This document shows positions 41,737 to 55,152 of a stretch of DNA of 64,000 bases, in pieces (the stretch's first letter is position 1; the number at the start of each line of letters is the position of its first letter). The notes below the pieces were generated by a model, which worked only from the letters and a program-made list of their open reading frames with translations, was not told where the DNA came from and did no database searches. A program made the position numbers and the translations under genes. Source of the DNA: Schmidtea nova (taxonomy: Eukaryota); assembly GCA_044892505.1 (NCBI GenBank), contig CM097883.1, forward strand, positions 313,472,001-313,536,000, read 5' to 3'.

Positions 41737-43288
41737 TCATAAGTTAGGCCGTTGTAAGATATGGTCTAACTGACTTCGATGGATGAATTTGCTTTTCTTT
41801 TCCTGTAATTTAATTCCAACGTAAGTTGAAGTTTTACCATAATCAAACTTGCTACTGTCTTCAATCTTTCTCCCGTTGGTTCTATCATTATTTCCGTTGA
41901 CCCAACTGAGTTCAGTAGAAGGAACTTCTATCTCTGCTATTATTATGTCTTCATTTATCAAGTCAATTTCTTCCATAGCAGTTTTCTCCGGGACTTGTGC
42001 CAACTTTTGCGACCTGGTTTCCTCAGTTGGTTTAAATGTATAAGCATGTAAATTTTTATATTCATTCAGAGAATATTTCTTTTGCGACTGTTTCCTGGGA
42101 ATCACTATGTCATCGATCAATTTATTTTCTACTCAAAAATATATTTTTTGAATGATTTTCACATCCTCTAGAGCAGAATCTATTCCGACCTGAGTTTCCT
42201 CCCCACACATTTCCCGTGCTACTGTTTGTAGTTTAAACAAATCTCCTTTTCTGGTTACATTCATCCTTTGAAGTATTTGGGCAGCTGCTAGATCTCGTAT
42301 TCCATACACTTGGTCTGTCCATATTCCCAGATGGTGTATTTCGGCATGTAAATCATGACCAATTAATATTTTCCCCACCGTAATCTCTGGATATCCTTCA
42401 TTTCCTAATATTGATCGTGTTGATTCCTGATGGCTACTTCGGTAATCCCATGGATCCTTGAATTAAAGTGACGAATGTTTCCTCTTGGGGTCAAATATAC
42501 ATCTTTGACTATTTTCCATGATAATTCATCATAGCTACTGATAGTGGAATCATTTTTCTTGTTTCTGAACTGGCATTCATTTCCAAATATTGATCATGTT
42601 TATTCCTGCTGGCCACTTTGATAATCCCATGGATCCTTGAATTGAAGTGACGAATGTTTCCTCTTGGGGTCTAATATACATTTTTGACTATTTTTCCATG
42701 ATAATTCATCATTGCTACTGATAGTGGAATCATTTTATTGTTTCTGAACTGGCATACTCTCCGTCAACGAATAGTATTCTGTTCCAAATTTTCTCGATAT
42801 CCATTTCCCTCCTAACAAACGACACTTTTCGTTTCAACATCTCTTCCGAGATATTAATCAATGTTGCATTATGGCTCTCCATTGGCTGCATACATGGTCT
42901 CATTTGGCTCATTTGCTGTTCTTGTTTCCAAATCAATAAGAGTCTCTTCGTTCGCTACATTAATGTGTTTTACCATAATTTCCTTTTGAATTTTCCAAGA
43001 TGATAATTTCTTTAATTCCATTCACGGTTGATTCCAATCCATTATTTCCACTGTCTCTTTGATGATATGAAGGTAATATTTTTTTGCTGGATATTTGACC
43101 TTCATCAGTTAATTTCATCCCGATATTCCGATGTTGTTTAAGCATCTTCATATTCATCTTCAGTCATCTATTTTCAAATAATTTGATGTTTGTAAATTTT
43201 CGTTTATTTGAAATTTTTACCCTGAATGATTCCTTTGAAATTTTGCGTAGCTGCCGTATGTTGCCCTTGTCCATTGAATTTGCTCCAT
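41737..43288 (-). pseudogene. Decayed ISG20/REX4-like DEDDh exonuclease accessory gene, copy 1, with an internal ~180-bp duplication
   Basis: RILFVDGEY, HGITKV, GKILIGHDL, IRDLA and SALEDV motifs across several frames. Start MEQIQWTR is homologous to the start at 60485. Confidence 0.75.
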
Positions 43289-43340
43289 TTCTTACTAAAA
43301 TATTTACGATTAACGTTTTATCAATTTAATTTTGAAGCTA

Positions 43341-45711
43341 CCCCGGCCTACCAAAAGTCTCCAGTTAGGCAGTTTTTTACATATTGCAGTTTATAATGAA
43401 CAGCAATGGGAACAAATGTCACAAACACACGTGAATACTGAATGTCTGTAGTGCTGAAAGAGTTAGTGCTTCATTATATTACCTTTCATCTTGATAACAA
43501 GGCGCACTCGTTTAGGCATTGTATTGAACTCTTTTGCTAGGAAATTAGGGGAGAAGTGTGACCATTCCTCATGCAGATGCGTTTCCAATTCGGAGGCGTT
43601 ACGGGTAATGGGAATCATTTTGCGAACTCGTCTACCAAGGACGTCCCACAGAAACCCAAAAGGATTCAGATCAGTTCTTTGTGGAACCAAATCTAAAACG
43701 TTGATTCTGTGCTGCAGAAAGAATTACTTTATAATGTGAGAAGTATGGATTCGTGCATTATCCTGTTGGAAAATGAGCCCCTCAATTTCTGGGAGAAAAG
43801 GAACAAGCTCATTTTCCAGGATGGCACGGTATTCCACTGACGACATGTGATTGCTGCAATTCACTAGAGGGCGAGTTCCACGAGCTGAAAAAAAGACTCC
43901 AATACATGATGGAGCTTCCTCCATATTTGACAGTTGGCTAAATGCAATCAGGTCAAAATCGTTCTCCTACACAACGCCAACAGAATTGCTGTCCATCAGA
44001 TTTGAAAAGAGTGAAACGTGATTCATCACTCCAAATGACTGAGCGTCATTGTTCTGCTGTCCAGCTTTTTCTCTCCCAACACCACTTCAAGCGACAACGA
44101 CGAATCGTTTCTGTAATCAAAGGCTTCCTTGCGCAGTATCTGCCATAGAAACCATTAAAATAGTAATGCGCGACGAATGGTGGACATGCTGGCATGCACA
44201 GAGCCAGTGTTAAATGTGGACACTAACAGGGGGAACCGACGATGAGCCACCACAAGTCGTTTCAGCTGCCGTTGTGTACGGATGCTCAGAAGTTTAGGGC
44301 GGCCTGAACGTTGCTTGTTAACATGTGTCTGTCCCTGGCGATACTTTCTCAAGAAGTAGTTAATAGTTCCTTTGGGATGGCCAGTCAATGTAGTAGTTTC
44401 ACTCTGGCTTTTTCCACAGAAGTAACATCCGTATATAAGGCCTTTCTGAAAGTCTTTAAGCTCTCTACGAGTAGCCATATTCTAAGAAAATGACAATCCT
44501 TCATTAACATGACTCACTGTTGTCACTGGTGTGTCTGGTGTGAGTAGTCATATTATGTATGTGTCTGTGAGTAAGTGCGTGCGTGTGTACATATGCGCAT
44601 TTTGAAGGTGTTTGTAAACGTTATAACTTGTCGTTATTTTCATTTTTATTATTGTCATTTTTATGATTGTTATTATCTTATTGTTGTTATAATTATCGCA
44701 ACCGCTTTCGTGGTCGTGAATTGAAATCGTGAATTGAAATCCTGTACATTTACTTTGCCACAGACAGATAATCAAGTCTAATTCCACAAATTACAACAGT
44801 AAAATCATTCGTGATAAACTTGTAAATAAACTTGATTTTTGAAATAATCATCGAAATATGTTCGATTACCAAAAGGAAATGAAATGTATTTTATTAATTG
44901 AGATATCAATGTTGTTAGCTAGAAGTGCTTCAGAGTCATCGTCATCGATATTAAGTGTACATAGTACAAATGACTGATCTAGCTGATAAATAATTTTATC
45001 AGTAGAAATTATTAAATTACTATGCAAATTGAAGATTAAAAAAAACAATCAATAACAATTTCTATAGTATACTGAAAACTATAAGAATTGCCAACACGAA
45101 AATGGATTAAAGAATTGAAAAACTAAGGACAATAAAAGATTTTGGATTAAGAAATACTAAATATCAAAAGAAAAAAATAATCTGTAAGAATAACGAAAGG
45201 AAAACTTTACAAACCAAAACGAAAATTCAATAAGAAAATAGAAAATCGAAATCTATCATCTAAATCCGTGACATTGAATCAGTGAGTACTTGTTTCACTT
45301 TGTTCATTTTTAATAAAAGTTGTATATTTATATCATTTATTTGTTATATTGTATCAGCACTTAATAAATACACAAGCACACAAGTATACATACATTCAAA
45401 ACAAAATAGCAAGCACCCCGAGTGTCCCAACATAAATCGGTGACTCTCTCGGGCCCTTCAGTATCTCTCTCACACAACTCTCATTCATTATTGATACAAA
45501 TATTAATAAAAAAGCATTTTACTATAAGTCTATCACATAATATACAGCCATCCTCGATATAAAAACAAACTTAACAAATTAACCCTCCATAAACATTTTT
45601 ACAGTGTTGATGACTTTTGTTCCAATGCTGTTCATATTTGCACTGCGGACGTTCATTATAAACTGCAATATGTAAATAACTGCATGACTGGAGACTTTTA
45701 ATAGGCCAGGG
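43341..45711 (-). mobile_element. Decayed Tc1-like DNA transposon
   Basis: Inverted ends CCC[C/T]GGCCTA..AAAAGTCTCCAGT of about 90-110 bp with TA on both sides. Transposase fragments RSGRPKLLS (44155-44478), IFQQDNARIH and DLNPFGFLWDVL. Confidence 0.9.
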
Positions 45712-45725
45712 TATGGTTAAGATTA

Positions 45726-45855
45726 NNNNNNNNNNNNNNNNNNNNNNNNNNNNNNNNNNNNNNNNNNNNNNNNNNNNNNNNNNNNNNNNNNNNNNNNNNN
45801 NNNNNNNNNNNNNNNNNNNNNNNNNNNNNNNNNNNNNNNNNNNNNNNNNNNNNNN
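45726..45855. other. Assembly gap (N run)
   Basis: 130 N. Confidence 1.
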
Positions 45856-46200
45856 TTTGGAAAATTGCTTTAAATTTTATGGGAAAGAAATTGAGCACAT
45901 TCATTACAATTTCATAGTATATTACTTCACATTTTGGTGGTATTTCTAACGTTTGATTAAGAAAGACTTGTCCCGCTTCGTGTATTTCTTCATCGATTTG
46001 TTTTTTTTTAATTTTTCCGTTTTTAAATCAAGAGAAATCCATTGTAATTGTTCCATAACGTCTATTCCAATTAAATATGTGACAGGTATTTTTCTCATTA
46101 CTGATACCTAATGAGTTACTTCCTGATTTCCAATATTCAATTTGACTTCTAATTTTCCAACGATATTCAATGCATTATGCGTCATTGATTTAATAATTTT
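45856..46200 (-). pseudogene. Retrotransposon protease C-half remnant related to the giant element
   Basis: IVGKLEVKLNIGNQEVTH*VSVMRKIPVTYLIGIDVM and QTLEIPPKCEVIYYEIV parallel the giant element's VAGRWWVKI...CIIGTDLM and QMIIPARKEKICYVKI. Confidence 0.6.
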
Positions 46201-47144
46201 TGTTGTTTATTATTCAAGCACCAGGTTTCTCTCCCACTAAAAGCATTTATTTTTTGCTTATACTAAATTTTAATTTAATTAATAAATGTATAAAACTTAC
46301 GGTTTTTTAAAGTTTTTCACACTATACTTCACTACAATTAAAAATTTAAATCTTTCAAAGTGAGCAGTATTATATCAGCTGTTAAAAATACATTTGAAGT
46401 TAATGAATTTGCAAAAAATTCATATATAAAGTAAGCAGTGGGTCTACCGAAATTCGAAAAACATTGCAAGCGGCTCACAAGACAAAAAAAGTTTGGGAAC
46501 CTCTGGTATATATCATTATACACACTATTTATACTTAAAAATAAATTGTAATATATTATAACAATACTTATAAGCATTCAAGTATTTTATTATTATTTGT
46601 TTTATAGTTTCTAATAGAAGTATATTATATCAATAATTTCATTAATAGTGCCTAAACAATCTTTGCATCGGGGCACCATAACTTCTAGGGCCGGCATTGA
46701 TTTCATTTAATTACAAAATAAAACCACAGCAAAATTCTTCATTAATTTACATTCAATATATTATTTTATAATAAAATATAAGAGTATTGTAATTATTGAT
46801 TAGAGTTGTTTCAAATATTCAAATTTTCAGCCAAACCGTTTCAACATTCATTTGGCGATATCTTTGCACGTGCGTGTGCGCGTGTAATCTTAATTGACGA
46901 ATACAATTCAAAGGCTTTATTTTTAATGTATTACTACTTGATAGCGTAGCTACTTCATAATCAATAAATGATAATTTCAATGTAATAACAATAATGCATT
47001 AGTTGTGTATTCATCGCATTCATTACGTATATAAATACAACACTGACACGAAAATGCAAATTTATCAAAAATCATTACTTGAGAATAAAGAGCTAAGTTC
47101 AATTGAATAAAAATCCAATTTTGCAGTTAAAATTTCGTTGTAAC

Positions 47145-49062
47145 ATGTCAAGATCTCAGATATCTCAAAGTTTATTAATAGAAACTGAAACTTTAAATGA
47201 ATTGCATGAGCTTTTTCCTAGTTTGAAAGATGAATACATAGAAAGGTCAGATGTCAAAGAAGCGCTAAAAGTGCTAGGATTTCCATTACCAGGATATGAA
47301 TTTCGTGAATTGATGAAAGATGTTCCAGAAAGCCAAGATAAAATACCAGTTGAAATGTTTATGATGCTTCATGCAAAAGTTAAGGAATCGAAAGACGTTG
47401 GGAGAACATTTCAGCAACGACGAGTTCTTAAAGAAAGAGTTGATGTTAAAGTAAAACTTTATTTTAAAATAATTTTCTAACTTTAATTATGTTTAAATGT
47501 AGACTGTTACCAAAGACGATGAAAAATCTGCACATGCTAAACATACTGTTTGCGATTCAGAAGAAAGGGGTTTCTCAAACTGGATCAGTAGAGTGCTATC
47601 AAAAGACCCACTTTGTGCGTCTTATTTGCCAATTAAACAAGACGAGCTCTACAATAAACTTCAAGACGGCGTACTTCTGTGTAAACTGATCAATTCGGCC
47701 GTTCCTGATACTGTCGATGAGCGAGTAATGAACACTGGCACAAGTTTAAAAAGTGTTTTCAAGAAAAATGAAAATTTAAGTCTAGCAGTCAATTCTGCTG
47801 AAGCGATAGGATGTTGCATGGTAAACATTGGACCTGAAGATATTGACAAGGGAACAAAACATTTGGTACTCGGATTGGTATGGCAAGTCATTCGAATCGG
47901 TTTACTTGGACTGGTAAATCTGTTACATCATGCAGAGTTAGTTGCTCTCTTGAGAGAAGATGAAACTTTGGATGACTTAAAACAATTGACTCCGGAAGAA
48001 TTATTATTGCGATGGGTTAACTATCATTTGGAGAAGGCTGGAATAACGAAGCGAATCACGAATTTCAAGGAAGATATTCAAGATTCAGAAATCTATTCTC
48101 ATTTGCTTTATCAAATTGCTCCACCGGACAAACGAGATGAAATGTTGCCGCCGGTTTCGGTTTTAAAAAACACTGACAACATGAAGCGAGCTGAATTGAT
48201 GCTGGGAAATGCCGCAATATTAGATGCTCGAGTTTTCATTGAACCAGAAGATGTGGCAATGGTGACTCAAAGGGGACAAAACCGAGAGAAATTGAATTTA
48301 GCATTTGTTGCTAATCTTTTCAATAATTATCCGGCGTTAATTGTCGATTCAGATATTGAAATTCGAGAGGAAACCTTAGAAGAAAAAACGTATAGAAATT
48401 GGATGAATTCTATGGGAGTGACACCTTATGTCAAAGACATTTATTCTGACTTGAAAAACGGTTTAGTTTTGTTGCAATTAATAGATTTGTTACAGCCTGG
48501 AATTGTGGAATGGAAGAAAATTGTTCGGGTTTTCGATCCTAGAAAGAAAGTCTTCCAAATGCTCGGCAATTGCTCTTATGTGATAGAATATGCAAAGAAA
48601 TTGAATTTTAATATTGTAAATCTTAGTGCTGACAACATCAAAGATGCCACACCAAATCTGATTTTAGGATTATGTTTTCAAATGCTTCGAAGCTACACAA
48701 TGAAATTGTTGAGTAAAGTTTTACCGGGCAAGAAAGACGACAAAGATATTATTGGATGGGCTAATTTAAAAACAAAAGACGCAAATAAATCCTGTCAAAT
48801 ATCAAGCTTTAGAGATCCATCTATTGCAACTTCCAAGCCAATATTGGACTTGATAGATGCGATCGTTCCAGATTCCGTTGATTATAAACTACTGACAAAT
48901 GAACCGTTGCAAGATGCCAAATTTACCATTTCACAAGCTAGACGAATAGGAGCTCGAATTTATGCGCTTCCACAACATCTTGTTGATGTCAATCAAAAAA
49001 TGGTCATGACCGTGTATGCCTGCTTAATGCTGTTGGATCATCAAATCAATGCAAAAGAATGA
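47145..49062 (+). CDS. PLS: Plastin/fimbrin paralogue B, complete: join(47145..47450,47503..49062), 621 aa
   Basis: ATG at 47145; 52-nt GTAAAA..TTCTAAC..TGTAG intron in phase 0. Four CH domains (LTPEELLLRWVNYHL, EEKTYRNWMNSMGV, ARRIGARIYALP..LVDVNQKMVMTVYACLM). Confidence 0.96.
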
Positions 49063-52000
49063 GAAATTAATAATAGGATTTTCAAAAAATGAAACAAACT
49101 ACATTAACATGAATATTTACAATTTTCTCTTGTGATAATTTAAAATTTTTATAATTAACTTGTTTTTAATGCAAGTTTTTGATTTTTCTAAATATATTAG
49201 CTTTTCTAAGAAAATTATATTCCATATTCTATGTTAATTTCACATTATTTAGAGACGAACAATTTTACGTTAATAAAATCGTTCAGAGATTTATATTGGC
49301 AAATTTACATTTTTAAATTGTATTAGTCAACATATCTGCATTAAGCTAATTGATTATAACAATCTAAAATTCATTAAATGAGCCGGTAAATCCAAAGTGG
49401 CATAAATCCATTTTCTTTATTTCGGGACATTTAAGATTTTTATAATATTTAAAAATAATCCTATCAGTTATTAATTTGTTTTGCTTCCCGAATTATTGGA
49501 TATTAAATTTAAAAATAGTAATAAATTATGAAATAAATGAAGCTTACATTTACGCCACTTTCATTTATAATGAAACTTGAAAAACATATAATGCAAATTT
49601 TAAATTTATATATTATGGGACGTGTAACTTTCTCAATTGTAGTTTTATATGGTAAAAAATAATAGTTAAAATTTTTGACAAACTTATATTTTTGTCAGAG
49701 GATCGAACAATGTTTAATAATATAACTCTTACTGGTCATAAATTTTCACTATTATTTTTTACAATACAAAACTACACGTCACATAATAATTGAACAAAGT
49801 CTAGCTACATCAATGCAGGTGTCACTGTAAGCCATAACATGCTCTTGACTTTTTATGTTATTCTCAATAAGCTTCGAGCAACAAAATTTTACTTCGAAAC
49901 CCTAAGAGTCTCGAAAAAGACGTTACGGTTTCTCCCCAGGTATACAAACAAACATCTTTGTCGTGGAAAATAAGAAATCCTTCATTCCAACCCTACAAAT
50001 TTTTCTTGTAATAAGCAACAGAAACTGATAATTTAAGATATAGTAATGCTAATTGTAGATCAAAATAAAACGCAAAACATTTATCTAGATTCTTTGACAC
50101 AAAATCTTAGACGGTTTTAAACACTCTAGTCAGTTCAGCGCCTTTTAAATAAATTTCAAGATCTTTCATTAAGTTTCATTTCCCTCGATGTCAGAAATAA
50201 CTTTAACCTTCATATTTAGAAAATCATACTGTTAGCAAGTGTCAGCAGATTTCACGAGAGTTTCCCATTCATACTCAATCGCTTACAAAGTTTTCAAGAC
50301 TTCACTAGTACCAAAGGATCCCAGAAAATTTACAGCGATACAGAATCTAATCTATCGGTTTCAAGAAGAATCATAGAGGTTCCCCAGTCGTAGTTAAAAT
50401 AGTCGTTATTTAATGTAAGGTTGCCTTCATTATTAGACATGGAATATTCGGATCATGTCCCGATTGTTCCATGCCAAGTATTTTATTTTATTTATATACG
50501 TTCATATTATTATTATTATTCATTCTTACACTCATGTTAGGTACTAATTTTTGTTAAAACTTATTATATTGGTGTCTTGTATTTAATTAATTAGTATGTC
50601 CATTATATATTCATTCTATTGATTCATTTATTTGTTATTTTATTTTGATAACAGGATATTATTCACAATTGCACCTAAAATTTTTTTTGTTTTTGTCTCA
50701 CATGTTCTATTAAAATTTGATATTTATCATACATAAATGACTGTTTTTCCATACCTTCAGAGAGTAGTGCTGGTTTTAGGAGCCGAACAAACTAGGTAGC
50801 CAAATTGGATCATCGGTAGTTTGAGGTCATACAATTTACCCGGCCATTTCCTTAAAGAGGTAACGCTTATTCACCCTCATACACCTCATCTTATACATTG
50901 ATGAAGGGAACGGTGACTTGGCCAAGGGCAGGAATTTTTAAAATTAACCTTATCTTTATTTATTCTATAGTAGTTTATCGGAATTTACATTAATGCATTT
51001 AACATTTATTTCCTACTCACATGCACTTTACACCTTGCACTCATACATAGTCGTCGAATATGCGAAAATATATCGAGCTTGGAGTAGTATTCAGTTATTA
51101 GAAGTAATAGAATTCAAAAACATCGAAATTTCTGCTGGAAAGTCAGGCATAGAAGTACCCAGAATACCTCTACAGGTATCGAAAGTTATCCAAATTTTTT
51201 TCAAAGGTTCCGGTTATAAGTACCAAATGAATTTGTTCGGAAAAATTTAAACTTCCTGAAATGTCATAAAGTTCAAATTTCTACATTATTTTTTTTCATC
51301 AGGTTTATCATAAATAAAAGTAAATGATGTTAAAATAAATCAAGAAGTTCATAATAATTAAATTTGTTGAGGATACCTAAATAATAATATAAATAATTAG
51401 AATAACTTGGGGGAAAACCGATAGGGTGATTGAGATAGCATTCAGGAATTTGGACAAGAAAACAGAAAAGCAATAATTTAAGAAATGAGGAAGGAATAAA
51501 AAATCAAAAGAAATTCAACAATAAAGCGGAGAAAGGTCACTTATAATTAATAATTGCAAGAAAAGAAAAAATGAATTCCAAAATTGGAAAACAAAAACAA
51601 AACACGAAAACAAAATCGGCATCTCCACAGCTGTCAGAGGTAACGTAGGAACTAGGAAAAAAGTGTGGAAAATGCCAGAAGCAGAAATGAAAATAACAAA
51701 TTATTCCGAGTGCCGAACTGTCAGGGGTAACATGGGAGTTGAAAAAAGAAAATAGAAATGTCAGAGACAGAAGTGGCAAAGGTGAATTGGCATGAGTGCC
51801 GGGCGATAGCGTAATATAAAAGCGAAAGTCATCTTAATTGAAACAGAAGTGAAGTGATATTAAAAATATTACTAAGAAAGTTGCAGAAGATATAAATTGT
51901 ATAATTTCGTTATATTGTGGAGAATCGAGATCGAGATAATTTAATTGAACGGTGTAATCGACATCAGCATGACGACAGTAAAGTTATAACAGTAGAATTG

Positions 52001-53623
52001 TTGAGTATGGAGACAGTATAGTGAAAATACAGTACATTTACCGAGCACGGCGACATTATAGTGGAGTTCTAACGAGAATCAACTTGGGTAGAATGAAATG
52101 AATGAATTACCAGTAATGTGAATATTGAGAAAAATAATAAACTGTCAGTTGCGAGCCTATTTCATCACAGCCGAAAATTATACTAAATAATAAAAATCAG
52201 TAGGGATTTTCTCGGCGCCACGAATAATATAAAATTCAAGTCACAGACTCACACCGGAAAGCATGCATGCCTACCGAGACAGTAAAAGGAAGTTGCAATA
52301 AAAAAAATAATAAAGCCAAAAACCACACCGGAAAGCACAGTCGAGATAATAAATGATTGAGACAGTTTTCACTATACAATACCCGAGGTAGTTAAATATC
52401 AACCGTTAATCATAACGAAACTAGGAAATTCCCCTAAAATACGGAAGATGAGAGTCTTGTCGTGGATATTTGAAATGTGAAATTTTCCACAATGGCACTG
52501 ATAGAAAACCATAATTGTTTAAAAGCGTAACGATAATGCATATCCTGTTTGGGAATGTCATCGCGGTATATAAGTAGAAACCTTCAAAACCGTAAAATAG
52601 CTACGATAAATTATACCAGATCACTAAACGGAGGTAGTAAATCGACTTCATTGAAAATAAAAATTTTAAATGTTTTTGTCACTTCCATGTAGAAGTTTTT
52701 TTTATCTAGGACATGTTTTGCTTTGAAACTCAAACCACCGAAGGAACTGAGGGAAGAGGTTGAATCAGAGAAAACAGAAGAAGTACCGGATCCGATGAAC
52801 CCGAATACGATAATTATCTAATAAAGTTCATGCCCTTAAAACAGATACCAACTGATTTGGGAATGAAAATCTCGAGAGAACGATAGACAACCTTCTTACA
52901 GAATGGTGAGATACCCTGCTTTAGTCTCCACCAGGATAGTCCCGATAGCGTGATTTGGCATGGAAACAACGAATGGCCTATTGGCGTTGATTTAGTCTAT
53001 CCGGCTAATTGCCCAAAATATTTTGTAGAGACACCGAGCTCTATCCCAGGTTGGAATAACATAACATTCTCCGGAATAGTACCAACGGTGGAATTCTTAA
53101 AATTAGGAAGATTCGTTTTCGCCCAATCAATGGCAAGCAAAACTACGGACTCTTCCCTCAGTCCCACGAAATCTATTTTATTTAATGTCACTTTGTGAGT
53201 ATTTCAATGTATTTGCACTATAGTATGACGATAATTCATGCATTCAACCTCATTTTAAAGTAGAATTGGGGTTTATGGATTTCGTTTTCAATCATTCTGT
53301 TGTTTATAAATATGAAAATATTTATAATATATTCTTAAAAAAATATTTTTTTTGTATAAAAGTAAAAGAATATTATATTTTTAAGATTAATTTATTTAAA
53401 TTAAAAATTTTTTAATCTATTTAAATTTTTTGACTATAATAGAATTTAAAATATATATTTTATTTTAAAAATTAATACTAATTTGTTTGAATAAATCGAT
53501 TTATTTGATTTATATTTGAATGTAAGATTGGGTAGCACCTGATGAAGAGAATTAAGTTCTCGAAATATATTCTGCAAAATATATATTTGGATTGGCGTTT
53601 GTTTTTATTTATTTTAGTGCCAT

Positions 53624-53785
53624 NNNNNNNNNNNNNNNNNNNNNNNNNNNNNNNNNNNNNNNNNNNNNNNNNNNNNNNNNNNNNNNNNNNNNNNNNNNNN
53701 NNNNNNNNNNNNNNNNNNNNNNNNNNNNNNNNNNNNNNNNNNNNNNNNNNNNNNNNNNNNNNNNNNNNNNNNNNNNNNNNNNNNN
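53624..53785. other. Assembly gap (N run)
   Basis: 162 N. Confidence 1.
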
Positions 53786-54187
53786 TGGCTTATCCATCTC
53801 CTTATCACAAGAAAATGCGATCATTGAACAGCCTAACGGCATCATTGCAGCTGATTGAGTGTACAATTGAATAATTTCAGCAATACATCGACAAGTCATG
53901 TCACAGGACATTTTGCATTTAAATCGTGCAGCTTCCATTTGTGCACGGCATACTTGCGGTCCGCAATCAGGAATCATTCCGGTCCTAACGTAACCGGTAC
54001 TTTCAATTATGTTAAATAATATTGTAGCTGAACTCTTTTCATTCATATTATATGGGACTTTTCTTTGTGCAGCAACTACGCCACAATCATTATCTCGAAC
54101 ATCAACAGAAAGTAATCCATCTAACGCAATCGCTTTAAATGCATATTCGACCTGAAATAATGCGCCCAAAGACATTTCACTATTCAT
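53786..54187 (-). pseudogene. PSMA6: Proteasome alpha-type-6 pseudogene fragment, cut by the gap
   Basis: LFQVEYAFKAI, QRKVP, TGMIPD and YTQSAAMMPLGCSMI match PSMA6, but the conserved N-terminus is missing, the YGYEIP segment is deleted and many conserved residues are lost. Confidence 0.75.
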
Positions 54188-55152
54188 ATTTAAAATTCAA
54201 ATCAACAATTCCAAGTCACGAAGATTGTATTCAATTCCACAAATTACAATTCCAAATTCGAAACTAAATCAAAAGTTCCACCCAAAATCGAAACAAATCC
54301 AAAATTCAATTAAATTAATCCAAAAATTTCATCAGCTAAATTACAAAAATACTACATTCAGCAAAGATTTACTTACAATTTAAAAACATTCCAATAAGCT
54401 TTCATTATAATAGTTCAGATAAACAATTATGCACTCAGCAATTATTTTTAAATTAAAATCGAAATCCGCCAAACAAATTTATATAACTCCGCTAAACAAA
54501 ATCAAAAACGCCCAAAATTAATTCACACTAAGCAAATAATTAAATTCAAAAGTCTCCCCAAATTAATTTAATTAATTCAGATAAACAAACCGTCGATCAG
54601 AAATGTTTTTAATAAATTATCAAAATTAAAAATCCCCAATAAATTCCTCGAATAATTTCGTTCGATATATTTTAAATCGAAGAGAAAAATCCACCACTCG
54701 CGTCTGTGTGCGCACACCAATTACAATAGATGTAAATACCACAACCACGCACACAGAAGCGATAAGACTAATTGATACCAAAGTCAGTTCATAGCTTTAT
54801 GCGTGCTTGATGAGTAATTGCAGAACTTAAAGGCACTTGAGAAGGCGGTTTTTCTAATTCCTCGAAATATTTAAAATTCGTTACTACCAGACATTCTATT
54901 ACAAAGAACTTTGAAAAATTCACTTCCCACATAAGCAATTTTATCTGACATCGTAATATTTGAAAAAAATAAATTAATTATAGAGTTATTGATAAGACCG
55001 TCTAACGGCTTCCAGGCTCGCCCCACAATCTCTCACAGCGATCAAGCACCCAATTAATTATTTTAATTTTAATTTAATTAATTTTAAAAATATTTTAATA
55101 AGCGGGTGCGACCAATAATAATAATAATGAGATAATAACGAGATAATAATAA

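Noticed and set aside
45412-45436. CCCCGAGTGTCCCAACA resembling the giant-family LTR end inside the Tc1
   Set aside because: No matching opposite end or TSD could be found, so a solo LTR cannot be supported.
45698-45949. ORFs spanning the N run (also 53542-53874)
   Set aside because: Artefacts of assembly gaps.
49790-50460. Less AT-rich, coding-like stretch downstream of plastin B
   Set aside because: All frames are interrupted and no motif was recognised; probably a decayed repeat.
51500-53200. Purine-rich region with short duplications and a 64-aa ORF
   Set aside because: No termini, TSD or recognisable domain, so it cannot be classified by eye.
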